A DNA stretch of 64,000 nt from the human T2T-CHM13v2.0 reference genome, Homo sapiens. Below, in pieces: positions 23,738-39,980 of this stretch (position 1 is the first letter of the stretch; each line of letters starts with the position of its first letter). A program made the translations under genes and the position numbers. The stretch lies in NCBI RefSeq assembly GCF_009914755.1, contig NC_060927.1. One strand, 5' to 3'. A model generated the notes under the pieces. The model searched no databases. It was not told the origin of the DNA and worked only from the letters and a program-made list of their open reading frames with translations.

Positions 23738-24008
23738 ATCTTCCTTGTCTTTCAAGAATCATCTCATATTTTATCTCCTATGAAGTCTCATGACCCCAAC
23801 CTGTGATGTCCTTTCCTCTTTGGTTTTTGAGCAGTTTATACCTTCACAAGGGTTGCTATAATTTTTAGAAAATAAGAGCATATCTATCTTTCTGACTCAA
23901 GTGTGGGCTTCTTGAGAGAAGAAATCTTGCCTTCTTTTGTGTATAATACCCCTGCATTGTACACAATGCCTTGTCCATAGTAGGCTACAAACTAACATCT
24001 GTTGAGTT
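23738..24008 (+). mobile_element. L2 3' end
   Basis: 'gtgggcttcttgagagaag...cacaatgccttgtccatagtaggct...tgttgag'. Confidence 0.7.
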
Positions 24009-24269
24009 CAGTACTCCTTGTATTTGGGGAGCCTTTCCTGGTGTTAATACTTTTGTCAAACTTTCATTCAGCATTAATACAATGTCTATTATTTGTGAAT
24101 AGCTCAAGGGGCCCTTTGTTGGTGGCTGCCAGTTTCACTTCCTGACCACCTGTCCAAGAGTCTCAGAGTCCATGAAACAGCAACAGGAAGGTGAACATCA
24201 AGGTAATTCTAGCAGAGGTTTAGTTAATGGACCAGGAAGAAAGGCAGCTACATGGGGGAAGGGGAGGGG

Positions 24270-24462
24270 ATGTAGAAGAAACAGGTTTATTAGAATCAGG
24301 AGGCTTGAAGCACCGCTCATTAGTCAGTTTGTGCATCTATAAAATTACACAAAGGTGCTGCCTGGCTGAACTTAAGGGGCTATTGTTGAGGGTCAAAGGA
24401 GACAAGATAGGTTAACTCTACAGACTGTGCAGATAAAATTAATACATGTTTATAATCAATGC
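24270..24462 (+). mobile_element. MIR fragment
   Basis: 'tcagtttgtgcatctataaaat...ggggctattgttgagggtcaaaggaga'. Confidence 0.6.
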
Positions 24463-25439
24463 TGGCTCAGAGGCAAGGATGGTAGGCAAAATGGCTTGGA
24501 ATCCCTCCCTGATATTCAGGTGGCATATTTTACCTTCACCTGTGTGTGCACTCAGAATTCAGTGCCTCAGGGGAAAAAGAGAGAAAAAGGAAAGTCAGTG
24601 TTCTTTCTCTTTGCCTCCTGACTTTAGGTATCTATATATGCTGTAATTAGGGACCCAGATTACACTGCAATTTCAGAAAGTTTCCTGTTTAATTTTACAA
24701 AGACATATACACTTTACAATGCCTGACACCTGCTTAAGTAGGCAAATAATTGTTTCGACACTGTGACAGTTGTAGAAAATATGTTTTAAAAATTTCTGAA
24801 ACCTGCCAATGGGATAATTAGGATCTAATTCTCATTTGCCAGTGCAATGAGCTCTCCAGGCCGAATGACTCCCTGATGGTGTGCCAGACACCTTTCCTGG
24901 TCCCCATGTGCTGGTGGAGATTTAGTTCCAAATAATTGTTCCATTCCTCATAGATGACTGATTTTCGACCTTTAATGATAATACCAATTATGTATTGAGT
25001 GTTTCACTTGTGGATTTCTTTGGATGGGGATTTTACTACAACTCATTGCTTGAAAAATCACTTTAATTTAATGGTAGGGCTATTCAGGACTTCACGATCC
25101 AGAGTGACCCTGTGGCTGGCCCAAGGCTGTAGGGCATAGGGCACAGAACTGGCACTCCTGTTCTGGGAAAAGGTGGCCAGGGAAGGAGGGATGGACTAAG
25201 GCACTGAGTCCAATGAAGCAGATAAAGAGCAAATCCAGGACATGAGGCAAAGGATCAGTAATAGAAGTGGCCAGAAGCACCATCTTGTTTCTTTGGGTCA
25301 GATTTAGTAGAGATCCTGGAAATGCTGGGGGTAGAGAAGGTGGTGTGGTTTCTTTCTTGGACTGCCAGGGCTGCACTGCTGAGCCATAAACTTGGGAGCT
25401 GTTGAGATGCTAAGGGCAGGCAGACTTCCAAGACCCTAG

Positions 25440-25545
25440 ACTTGCTTAGGGTCTCCAAAGAGCATCTATTATATTTCTATCATCTTGTGGATGAGGGAAC
25501 TGAGGCCCAGATTAGTGAAGTGGCCTGTTCCAGGTCACACAGCTC
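25440..25545 (-). mobile_element. MIR fragment
   Basis: 'gatgagggaactgaggcccag...ccaggtcacacagct'. Confidence 0.8.
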
Positions 25546-25784
25546 AAAGATGTTCAGTTCAGGCAAAATTTACTCTGCTGGATCCTCCAGGGGACATAGA
25601 AAAATGCTCCAGTGTCTAGCCAGCTGCCAAAAACCTTTTTTCACATCTTACTCGGACTTGTGATTAGGTGAATATTGAAATGTCTTTAAGATCTATCATT
25701 TCTTTTTCAAGGGGTATGTCTTAAATCTTGTCTACCTGTGTGGACTAAATTGGTCATTGACACAGAAGTTTGGATTTTATTCTT

Positions 25785-25855
25785 GTCCATTTTACAGGTG
25801 AGGAAACAGATCCCAAGAGGTGAAGTGGCCTACTTAATGTCACATGGCTAGTGAC
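25785..25855 (-). mobile_element. MIR fragment
   Basis: 'ccattttacaggtgaggaaacaga...gtcacatggctagt'. Confidence 0.75.
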
Positions 25856-26179
25856 TGAATCAGTGCAATAGAGAACTAAGAATTGACCCATGCATGTATG
25901 ATTATGCTGGACTTTCTAGGTACACAGAGAGAGTTAATCAAGGCACTTGTAAGTCACTTATGGAGGCAAGGTTTTGTTAGCTACTCCTCTCCTATCAAGC
26001 AGAGGCTGGTGCCTAGGAAAGTGGGTAACAGAGACTGAGCCATCTCTTTCCTGGGTCCTGGGATTGTGCCATATGGAACAGGTAGACACAAGGGGAAACT
26101 GCTCTGAAGGTGAGAGAAACATCAGAATTAAGACAGAGAGTCATATATGAGAGCTCGTCCAAGGGGCAGAGGAAGAACA

Positions 26180-27712
<1,533 letters not shown>

Positions 27713-28126
27713 TGCTGCAGGTTGAGTTCCCCAGAAGCAGAGATGGAGTTTAGGGAACAAAATCTTTATTAAGGATCAACACCTGCAAAAGGAAGGAGGC
27801 AACGGGAAGACTGGGCTAACTGAGCAGTTGAACGGAGACAGTCTTGAAAAAGCCTCAGCCGACATGGCAGGTGCCCTGGGTCATGGGTATTCATAATACT
27901 CATGGATATTATTTGCTGGGCAGAAATGGTTGAACGCTTATGCCCTCCCTCTGTCTGTCACCAGATACATGCTGCTCTGGGAAGGGAATGACCTTGCGTG
28001 AAGTGGCTGAAGCTGACCCTGAAGGAGCTGACAGCTGGAGGCTCTGTGCTCACTGTAGTCCGTTCATCTGGGTAGCAGGTCTTCCTTGAAAGGGGATCAA
28101 GGTAGTGCATCTCTATGTCTACCATA
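27713..28126 (-). mobile_element. LTR16A-like ERVL solo LTR
   Basis: 'gcaggttgagttccccagaagcaga...gctgaccctgaaggagctgacagctggaggct...tgtctaccata'; TSD ccatt/gcatt. Confidence 0.8.
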
Positions 28127-29395
28127 GCATTGATCCATGGTATTCTTATAAAAACCTGTTTAAAAAATTTTTCTCTTTCTCTGTAAGATTTAGGACACTT
28201 TCTTTTCCCTTGGCGGTAGGGTTGCTGTTATGGCATATTGATGTGGAATACAAAAAGTGTCCTTCCTCTAGGTGGGTGCAGCCCTGCAGCCCTGCACCAC
28301 AGAGCCTGGCTTGGTAAGTATGCGCTGGATTTGATCTCCACTGGCCCCTTCGGCTGGGTGCTGTTGTGCAGAGTAAAGCCTGTACATCCAGAGGCATAGC
28401 CCTGCTTGGTGTGCTCATGGTTTATGAGGATGTGTCCTTCTCATTTTGCTCAGCATTTGGTGGGCCTGGGCCTTTCATCCCAAGTGTTTTGGACCTTCGT
28501 TCTGGGAAATTTCCTTCTTTTCTTCTTGCTGTCTGTAAGTTCTGTGGGTCATAGCAGTTAACAGGTTTCACTTAAAGGCATGAGGCAGAGAGTATGTACA
28601 CAAGTGAGGTTACTCTTTTAATGCAGCTTCCTCATCCTGTTTTGTCTGTCGATACGATTCCATATGCTTTCTCTCTTCCATTACTTTGCTAAACTTTCAG
28701 ATCTGCTGGTGCTCCTTCTGTCCTCCCCATTGTCAGTGCTAATATGGATTTGTTCACTTTTTAACTTCTTTATTACAATCATTGGAATTTTAATGTGATT
28801 TTTTGATGGAATATTGTAGAGAGATAACTCCATGCATTCGATCTTCTATTCTGAACAGAATGCTTGTCTGGTATTCTGAATAACAGTTGACTGAAAACAG
28901 CAATGGCTTGAGGTTTTCTGTCAGTTGGGCTTTAAAAGTGGTGTTCTAACTGGAAAGAGGTGAGAGGAAATATATTTTGAAACTCTTTGCTTGTAGTAGA
29001 CTCACTGTTTTTATTTAGGGTATATGATTACTTGACATGCATGACTTGAGGGATATTGGAGTCTATGGAAGGTCAAAAGTCACTCATCCCAAGGTGCCAC
29101 TGTTGGTTAGAAGAGATTTTACTGAGTCAAAAGTTGTTAGATGGATGCTGGCCTCCTTAAAGATGGCTCATCTATCTTGAGGAAGGGGTTAGGGAAGAAT
29201 GGAAAGACAAGTAATTTTCTTCATTTTATTTAACTGTTTTCACAGAGACAACACGGTATAGACAATGAAATGTGTTTTATGCCAAATTTCTCATGTAACG
29301 CTCCCCAGTAAAGACACATACAAGTTATTTCTAGCAACATCCTCAAATTAGACCCTTAAAATGGTTCTTTCTCCCTTCCTTTCATAAAGGCACTT

Positions 29396-29748
29396 ACTAT
29401 GGACTGAATTGTGTTCCTGCAAAATTTATATGTTGAAGCCCTGACTGAATTGGAGATAGAGCCTTTACAGTGATAATTAAGATTAAATGAGGGCATAAGG
29501 TTGAGGCTCAAATCCATCAGGACTAGTGTCTTTATAAGAGGAGAAAGTCATGAGAAGAGAAAAGGCCAAATGAGGACACAGTGAGAAGGCAGCCATCTGC
29601 AATCCTAGGAGCAAGGCCTTGGGAGAACCCAAACTGCCAACACCTTGATCTTGGAATTCCAGACTCTAGAATTGTGAGCAAATAAACTCTGTTGTTTAAC
29701 CACGGAGTCTGTAGCATTTTGTTATGACAGCCCTAGAAAACAAATACA
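29396..29748 (+). mobile_element. MLT1A0/MLT1B solo LTR
   Basis: 'ctatggactgaattgtgttcc...gaggacacagtgagaaggcagccatctgcaa...ttttgttatgacagccctagaaaacaaataca'. Confidence 0.88.
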
Positions 29749-30559
29749 ATACCCTAAACTTTTCTGGGAGAAATTTTTGTGACACCCTTATTTGGAGTCA
29801 GTTTCAGCCAGATGCTGTTTCCCAATTATTTCTGACCTTTATGAAAGTCAAAGATGAAGTAATTTGGCAAAATACTTTGAAATAATTTTTCTGCTGGTAT
29901 GTACTGAGTTTCAGAGAGAGAAAGAGAGATACCATGTATTGGATGTTGTTTTGTTTCTATGTCTGGGCTTGGTCCTCAGGGGATACAGAAGATCAATAAG
30001 ACATGGTCTCTCTTCTTAAGGATTGTTTCCTATAGGTGGATCTGCATTAAATGACATGGATATGTCCACTTAGTGATAGACAGAGTGGACATGTCCATAG
30101 AGTGGATGGCTTTTGTAAAGTCTAAGAAAAAAATCCATAGAGATGGGAAATATCAGCTCAGTTGAATGACAAGCAGGTTGAATTGTTTCCAAAGGACTGA
30201 AATGTTCACTAAATTTTTACTCTGTATTTTCAAGAGAATGGGACTCACAAGATGTTCAGCATTGCTTCCTAATTGTCCGTGATCTTTCATGCTGGGCTTT
30301 CTTTGTTGCTGTTTACTGCTTAGCCTGGACAATGCTCCTAGTTCCATCTTTTACCTACTTCTATACTGAATGAAGCCTTTAGTGGACTCTAGTTACTATC
30401 TGAGTGTCACTTCCTACTATACCTGACCTTAAAAGCAAGTTATGCATCCTCTCTGTGTTTAAGTGAAGATTATTATCGTTCCTGTTTAACACACTTAAAG
30501 TACTCAGCTGACTTTAGGATATGTATTAAATATTCATTAGGTGTCAGTTGTGTCTGGAA

Positions 30560-30812
30560 GGTACTTTCCCACCTTCAAGGAGCAACTCAAGCTTTTTGTC
30601 CCCCTGCTCAGCTATATTTGGCATTTCTCCTTCTGGGCTCCTAGAGCACTTTCATGTATCTCTTATTTCACATCTCATGTTATAGAGATTTTTAAAATTA
30701 TCTGTCACATACCCTGGTCTCTGAAATCAAGAGAATATTATATTTTATTATAATCTCAGTTTATTATAAAGGTGCCTGACACATAGTAGGTGTTCAAAGA
30801 TTGTTGCTGATT
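30560..30812 (+). mobile_element. L2 3' end
   Basis: 'gtgcctgacacatagtaggtgttcaaagattgttgctga'. Confidence 0.65.
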
Positions 30813-31950
30813 AAATACTTATGACCTTGTTGTGGGGGGGAATAATATGTGGTTTTTGTACCAAAAAAAAAAAATAATAAATAAATGAATACTTAGGACC
30901 AATTGATCTTTGATTTGGGGTAAAGCATATAGAAAAATAAGAGAGGAAAAGATGGAGTTGAACTATAGAACATGGGCAAGAGAGACATTTAAGGATTTTA
31001 TTATATTCAATTGCTTGGCTGTCTGGGAATTGGTGATTATAAAATATCTGATGTGATTTGACCCAGTGAAAATTGGGCAGGTGAATGAAATTCTATTTGG
31101 GAAGATTGGCATTCTTGAGAATTGACAAAAGCTGTATCTTCCATTAGCTTTAGCGTTATTTTGGATCTGATTACATGTGGCTATTAACGCCTGATCCTAA
31201 CTACTGTAGAACCTAATATCCTCCCAAATGCCATCCTCCACAAATTGCAAAAGTATCTTCTCAGACAAAATCTGAGTTTCTCTCAACCTGCTGAGATGAA
31301 CTTGCAATTATTTTTTGGCCTGGAGAACGTAACTTTAAGACGCAAATTTGAAAAATGAATTCCAAAGCACCATTATTGTACATGTAGAAGAAATCTTTAT
31401 TTTGCATATTATTCACCTTGATCTGAATATTTGATATTGCTTGGTTTATGTGGGGTTTATGGTATGTGCTAGGGATTTTTCTCCTTCATAAAGGAGATGG
31501 CTCAGCCATCTACTCAAAGTGAGTTTGATTTAAATATCATTATTAGGAAGCTGAATTGGTTCAGAAGATTGTGAGACTCAAAGCAATTGTTCTGCTCAGC
31601 TCCCCAAGGACAAAGCAAGGGAACTGAGCCTTGTCTAGGACCATAGAAGGGTGTCAGCTTGGATGACAGGCTGGTGTTAGTGAAACATTTTAAAACATTG
31701 TTTACATGAGAATTATTTTTTAAAGAACTGTGGTGTGAATCACACCATTTTCAATCACACTCAGTCTCTTAGGTAGCTGACAAATTTATACACGTTATCA
31801 GTGAGATACATGGGTAGGTGGTAATTTTTTTTTTTCTTGTTAACTAAGAACTGGTACCAGGGAGGCCCAGGGTCTAGGTTTCATTTCTATGAGTTAGCTA
31901 GCTAAACTTAATTTCCTGGTGTTGATAGCTCCTTAATTTTCACTCTTATA

Positions 31951-32635
31951 CAGTAGTCCCCCCTTATCCATGGTTTCACTTCCTGCAGTTTCAGTTACCT
32001 CTGGTCAACCACAGTCTGAAAATATTAGATGGAAAATTCCAGAAATAATTCATAAATTTTAAATTGAATTCCATCCTGAGTAGTGTGATGAAATCTCACA
32101 CTGTCCTGCCTGGGATGAGAATTATCCCTTTGTCCAGCGTTTCCACACTGTAATGTTGCCTGCCCATTAGCCACTTAGTAGTGGCCTTGGTTATCAGATC
32201 AACTGTTGCAATATTGCAATGCTTGTGTTCAAATAACCCTTATTTTACTTGATAATGGCCCCAAAGTGCAAGAGTAGTGATGCTGGCAATTTGGATATAC
32301 CAAAGAGAAGCTGTAAAGTGAGTGCTTCCTTTAAGTGAAAAGGTGGCCTTGATGTTCCTTGGCTAGGGTTTAGTGCTATCCACAGTTTTAGACATCTGCT
32401 GGAGGTCTGGGAGGCCATCCTGTAGGGATAAGGGGGGACTACTATATTTTTATAGCTGTTCTATTTTATTGCTAGTTATTGTTGTTAATATCTTACTGTG
32501 TCTAATTTACGAATTACACTTTATCATAGGTGTGTACGTATAGAAAAAAACAGTATAGGGTGTGGTACTATCTGTGGTTTCATGCACCCATTAGGGGCCT
32601 TGGAATGTGTCCCCTGCGGATAAGGTGGACTACTA
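31951..32635 (+). mobile_element. MER44 (Tigger7-derived) with one left and two right terminal inverted repeats
   Basis: Left TIR 'ta|cagtagtccccccttatcc' at 31951; right TIRs 'ggataaggggggactacta' ending 32444 and 'ggataaggtggactacta' ending 32635. Confidence 0.9.
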
Positions 32636-32659
32636 TGGTTAATATTCATTTAAACACAG

Positions 32660-32780
32660 GATACCACTGGATCCTCATGACTGCCCTGTGAAGAAGACAG
32701 TGATTCCCATTTCAGAGATGTAGAAACCCAGGCTCAAAGAAGCTAAATAAGTAACTCATGAACACAAAATAGTATGTGAC
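32660..32780 (-). mobile_element. MIR fragment
   Basis: 'cccatttcagagatgtagaaacccaggctcaaagaagctaa'. Confidence 0.7.
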
Positions 32781-33187
32781 TGTGATTGTCAGTTTTATGT
32801 GTCAACTTGTCTGGGTTATAGTCCCCCATTATTCAATCAAACATTAATCTAGGTGGTGTTGTCAAGACATTTTGCAGATGTGGTCAAAGTTCATAATCAG
32901 TTTTCTTTAAGCAATGGAAATTACTCTAGATAATCTGGGTAGGCCTGATTCAATCAGTTGAAAGCTCTTAAGGGCAGAATTGAGGCTTCCCAGAAGAAGA
33001 AATTCTGCCTTTGGACTGCTTCAGCTTGTGCCTGAAGGTTCAGCTTACTCTTCCTATGGCCTGATCTGTGGATTTTGGACATGCCTAGCCAGTCCCCACA
33101 GTTGCATAAGCAAATTCCTTGCAATCAGATTTCTTAATATATATCTCCTGCTGGTTCTGTTTCTCTGGTTGAACCCCAGCTAATATA
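32781..33187 (+). mobile_element. MLT2D ERVL solo LTR
   Basis: 'tgtgattgtcagttttatgtgtcaacttg...ctggttctgtttctctggttgaaccccagctaatata'; TSD gtgac/ctgac. Confidence 0.9.
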
Positions 33188-33304
33188 CTGACCAAGTGAT
33201 GCCTCAAATTATAAGAGCAACATTTTATATTTGTATTGAGCTTTACAGTTTACAAACTGCTTTCATAGATACTGTCCTTAAGGCTGTGAATAGGCAAGTT
33301 AATC

Positions 33305-33393
33305 AGTCATCATTTTTGTCGTCACCACTAATATAATCATCGTCTGATATCATCATTGCCGGACACTACCATCATCACCATCGTCATCACCAT
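33305..33393 (+). repeat. Degenerate (CAT/CAC)n low-complexity tract
   Basis: 'catcatcaccatcgtcatcaccat'. Confidence 0.7.
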
Positions 33394-33782
33394 TTTATAT
33401 TAATAGCTGAGAAAAAGACTATGCAACCTATAAGAGGCAGATCTGGGACCAAGGACCAGTTTTTCTAACTTCAAATATTATGTGCAAGATTAGCATCTAC
33501 CTGCATAAAACTTCAAATGCCTTATCCTCCAGGTTTCTTGATGACTTCCAAAAATAATTTCCTTCATTATAGTTTATCAGCACACAGCTTTCTAGCTACC
33601 TCACCCATGGCAAATTCTAGACCTTATTATCATCGGTACTCATATCATTTCTAAAATCGCTATTTTAAACATGTATTTAAAAATCTCCAGTTATGACCTC
33701 TTCCTGTGGGTTCTTCTTTATCAAAGTTCTGGTTATTTTGAAGTCCTAATTTAAGTGGTCAGTAGTTTGTGTTCATGGTTAA

Positions 33783-34142
<360 letters not shown>

Positions 34143-34593
34143 TAATTTAGTAACATAAAAATTCATTGTTACTCAATGAATATCTGTCTAGCCACCAAGA
34201 TTCCAATGTGAATATCTCCTCTATCTCATCATAATGATATAGATGAGACCACATGAGCTATTTTTAAGCAATTATATATATGCGTATATGTATGTACTAT
34301 ATATTGCAGCATGTCAACCTTAGAACATATTTGAAACTGACTCCTTGAAAAAAATTATTAAATCACAAAAACTGAGAATCAAAATCTTGACACTTGTCAT
34401 AAAGGTAAAGAGGAAAATAATGGCTAACAAAGGATACTTATAGAATATTGATGAGAACTGTCTGAACAACCTCAACTCCAGGCACAATTATAAATTAGGT
34501 AAGGATGGTTTGCCGTATCTTGGTGGAAGGCTTAAGAAGTCTGTTGTATATGTTGTATATGTAAATATGTAACCTCTATTTTCTGACATGTAG

Positions 34594-34920
<327 letters not shown>

Positions 34921-34957
34921 CATGTAGGTAGTTTCATTTTTTAAAAAAAACATTATA

Positions 34958-36395
<1,438 letters not shown>

Positions 36396-36929
36396 GCTAT
36401 AATGAACATCTTTATACTTAAAAAAATTTTTATTCCTTAGGATAATTCCTGAGCCTTTTGCACTTATTTTCTGAAACCACGTGAAATTGTGATAATTTGC
36501 TTGATATCAAAAAAGAATATATGAAAATAAATATCTAATTGATAGGATTTCTGGCAGGAACTGAAGTGAAAAATTTGGGCTTAGTTGGAGGAAAATATTT
36601 GGGAGTGGGGAGGGGGCTTTCATTCAGACTTTCAAATCTGGGTAAGGCCTGCTCTATTCAAAACATTAGGACTCTCTGAAACAGCTTCTTCCAGCTTACA
36701 AGGCTCAAAAGGGACTGGTTTTGTTTTATAAACTCCCAGTCCAAATCTCAGGAAGAGACTGAGCAGCATTTGGTTCCTGTGTGATTCTCAGCCTCTATTT
36801 TTACTCTTTTCCTTCCCTCTGGTCCAGGGAGGAGAAGCCATATGTTGGTAGTAGTAGATTCTTGTGATGTCTCCCATCCTCTCAGCCTATTGGATTCAGC
36901 ACACCTTGGTGAACCCCTCCATGAACTAG

Positions 36930-37312
36930 ACAACATCACACAAGTGCAGAGAGGGGTGGCTCTCTACTGTCTCCAAAACCACCAAAGGCTACTCAGCTGC
37001 ATGCAGGCAGAATGTGAAAAGTATGATGGAGTTGATTTCCCTGAGAGCAAACCTCATCTCAACCACTCAGGCCTCCCAATTCCCCAGTGGAACAGTGCTG
37101 AGATGAGTTCCATGTGGTTTTATAGCAGGCCCCTAGTACATTGAGCCCTTGTTGCCTACGGTGGTAAACAACTCAGAAATGTCCTCTATACTGGCTTTTC
37201 TTCCTTCTCTGTCTTACTTTCACTACTCCCTCAATTTCATATCCTCTCAAATAAACCACCTGCACTCAAGTCCTTGCCTCAGCTCTGCCTTTGGGGGAAT
37301 CTGAACTCAGCA
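36930..37312 (+). mobile_element. LTR33-like ERVL LTR
   Basis: 3' end 'tcaaataaaccacctgcactcaagtccttgcctcagctctgcctttgggggaatctgaact'. Confidence 0.7.
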
Positions 37313-38159
37313 CTCTTGCTGAAGGTGAGCTGTGCTTTAGTCCAGTCTTATTTCCACCTGTTCACCATTCAGTCCTCCACCCTGCAGGGAACACTCCTAT
37401 TCATCTTTTCAGGCCCTTGGTGGAAACTTCTGTTGTTTACTTAAGTAACCAGTATGAACTCCTCTTTGTCATCCTGTTGCACTTCCCTGTATTGCTCCTC
37501 TTATCTCACTGTCTTGAGATTGTTCTCATCTTTGCATCCCCCTGGGATTTCTGAATTAGCATCAAAGGACCCTGGAATTAGCTAGCAGTACATGTAACTG
37601 CCCCTAAGCCATGAGCTCCTGTTGGTAGAAACTACAACTTGTTTTTGCATCTCAGTATTTCACAAATTATGGGCATAGAAGACCCAACGGATGATAGTTG
37701 AACAGAAGTAAAGTCACTCTGCAGGACAGAGGCACAAGCCCAGAGAAAATTTATTTCCTCCCCATCTTTTCTCCTGGAAGTCCTCCTTCTCATACTGTTC
37801 CTGCTCCCTGGCACTGAGCTGAGGTATGCAACGAAACCCATGGAACCTGTCTCTATAATGGAGAGGCATACACCCTTCAGGCCTCTGCACATAGTCAGGC
37901 TAGGTCCCTGCAGCACGTCTGGAGGATGGGGTCCCTGAGGCCTGGCTTAATTTAGCTGAGCCACTCCAGGAGGGATAATGATAGCACTGGGAGTCTACTT
38001 TTCTGCCCATTCTGTAACATCCTGCTGGCCTGCTTTCTGGGGCTCTTGACTTGGTAGCAGCCAAGAGACCTTTTCAGAGACTTGGGGCCTGATCAAGACC
38101 ACTGAGCAAATCCTCCTTCCCTTTACCAGTGGAGCAAGCAGAAGAGTGAAGGGGCCTGG

Positions 38160-38350
38160 AAGAGCAATAGAGCGTCAAGCCACTTGGAGTTCAATTACTG
38201 GCCCTGCCATGTAATGACAGAATAAGCTTGGGGTCATCATTTAACTTCTTTAACACTCAATTTTTGTTTCACCAGTGAAAGGAGAACAAGAAAACTTATC
38301 ATAGCATCATTTTGATGGTTAGATAAACTAACATATTTAGAATGTCTTCC
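38160..38350 (+). mobile_element. MIR
   Basis: 'cttggagttcaattactggccctgcca...atttaacttctttaacactcaattt'. Confidence 0.65.
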
Positions 38351-38351
38351 A

Positions 38352-38800
38352 TGGGATTTCAATCTTTTATTGACTATATATATTTTTGGCAGTCTGGTGA
38401 AGCCTATGGACCCCTAGAACAATTACTTTTAAACTTATAAAACAAAATATGTGGAATTACAAAAGCAACACTATGATACATTTATCAAAAGGTTTTGGTA
38501 AAATAAATGTGTTAGAATGTAATGTTTCTTTGTTCATGTATTAAAAAATAAGAGATCAAGCTGAGGGTCTGATAACTACTATAATTTGAGGTAAGGAAGC
38601 ACATAAATGATATTTTGATTTACCTGCCAAACTGTAATACTGTACATGGAAATATTTGTCATTTCTATTGTTGACAAAATCACATTGTGGGTTTATAACC
38701 TACGTTTGTAAATGAAGAAAATGCCGAATACTTGTTAAAGAAGAGTGAAAATAAAGATGGATTTTATTCCTTCCAAGTTTATGGAACCCTGAACCTCTTG
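38352..38800 (+). mobile_element. MER113-like hAT-Charlie element
   Basis: 'tttggcagtctggtgaagcctatggacccct...gtgaaaataaagatg...ccaagtttatggaaccct'. Confidence 0.75.
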
Positions 38801-39289
38801 TCTAATGAAAAACACTTGATAATAGCTCATTCCCTTTCTTCTAATTTTCTCTTTCTGATGCCTTCTCTTAAATAGTTCTCAAATTCAGACCCAAGGAAAG
38901 GGTCTGACATCAGGCATTTGGCCTGTGGGGTGGATAAGTGTATTTCCTTGCTTTCCTTTTCAAGAACTTTCTTCATTGTGGAAAAAATTGAAGGAATTTC
39001 AGCATAGGAACAAGGTGGACCTCCCCAGCCCCCAGGCAAAAATCATAAAGGGAGCAGATGAAATACTTTCCCAAACTTCAGGCTGGTCTCAAGGATTGGC
39101 TGTCGACTTGATTTCTAACCACTATCCTAGGTGGCTTGGCCTTTCTCCTGAGTGATCAGGGTGCAGAAGCCCAGAGAAATGGGACCCTGCTTCTTTTGGT
39201 CCTGCTTTGGTTCCTGCTCTGTTCCTGCTGTACTAGGGTAAAAGCCCATTAAGTGTATCTCTTCCCAACTCTGTTCCATGGTGTCTTAT

Positions 39290-39440
39290 TTGTAACTTGA
39301 AACCAGCATGGTGGGAGCATTTACACCATGGAAATTAGCAATGATACACATCGAGGCTTCTCACCTCTAATTAGGGTATTAAAATCTTTCCTGCATCTCA
39401 GTGGAAAGCCAGCTGTGAGACATTTGTCAGTGCATCACTG
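39290..39440 (-). mobile_element. MER63-like hAT element
   Basis: 'cttgaaaccagcatggtgggagcatttacaccatggaaattagcaa...catttgtcagtgcatcactg'. Confidence 0.7.
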
Positions 39441-39779
39441 CCTGTACCTTCTGCTTCCTGTTTGGTAATTCTGCTTTGACAAAATTGGTCATGCTTTGTT
39501 TACCACTCTCTGGTGCACATTTTTGTATCCCCAGAAAGGGACTTTCTATACTTTTAGTGTACCTTAATTTTGCACTGGAGTCAGCAGAGGACAACAATTT
39601 TTCTCTTTACCAAAATCAAAAGAAGGACCTCACTTCCCTGCTTGGTGAGTGAGAGGATTTTCCTTGTTCATGGTTTTCTGTCATTGAGGCTAAACAAGCA
39701 GGAGCCATTATAACTTGTGAGAAGAAACCACAAAAAGTACAGGCGATTTAGGATAAATGCATCTGACAGGGGTGTCAAG

Positions 39780-39980
39780 CAGGACTCAGCAAACTTTCTT
39801 TTAAACAGCCAGATAGTACATACTTTAGGCTTTGCAAAAAGACACAAAATGAGGATACTATTTAGGTGCTTATGTAACTGTTTAAAATGTAACCATATAA
39901 AAATATTCTTAGCTTATCAACTATGAATAAACAGGGAACTGTTTGGCATTGGTCTGTGGGTTGCAGTTTTCTGACCCCTG
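39780..39980 (+). mobile_element. MER58 (C-like) hAT-Charlie MITE inside L2-like sequence
   Basis: TIRs 'caggactcagcaaact' / 'agttttctgacccctg'; 'gccagatagtacatactttaggctttg'. Confidence 0.8.
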
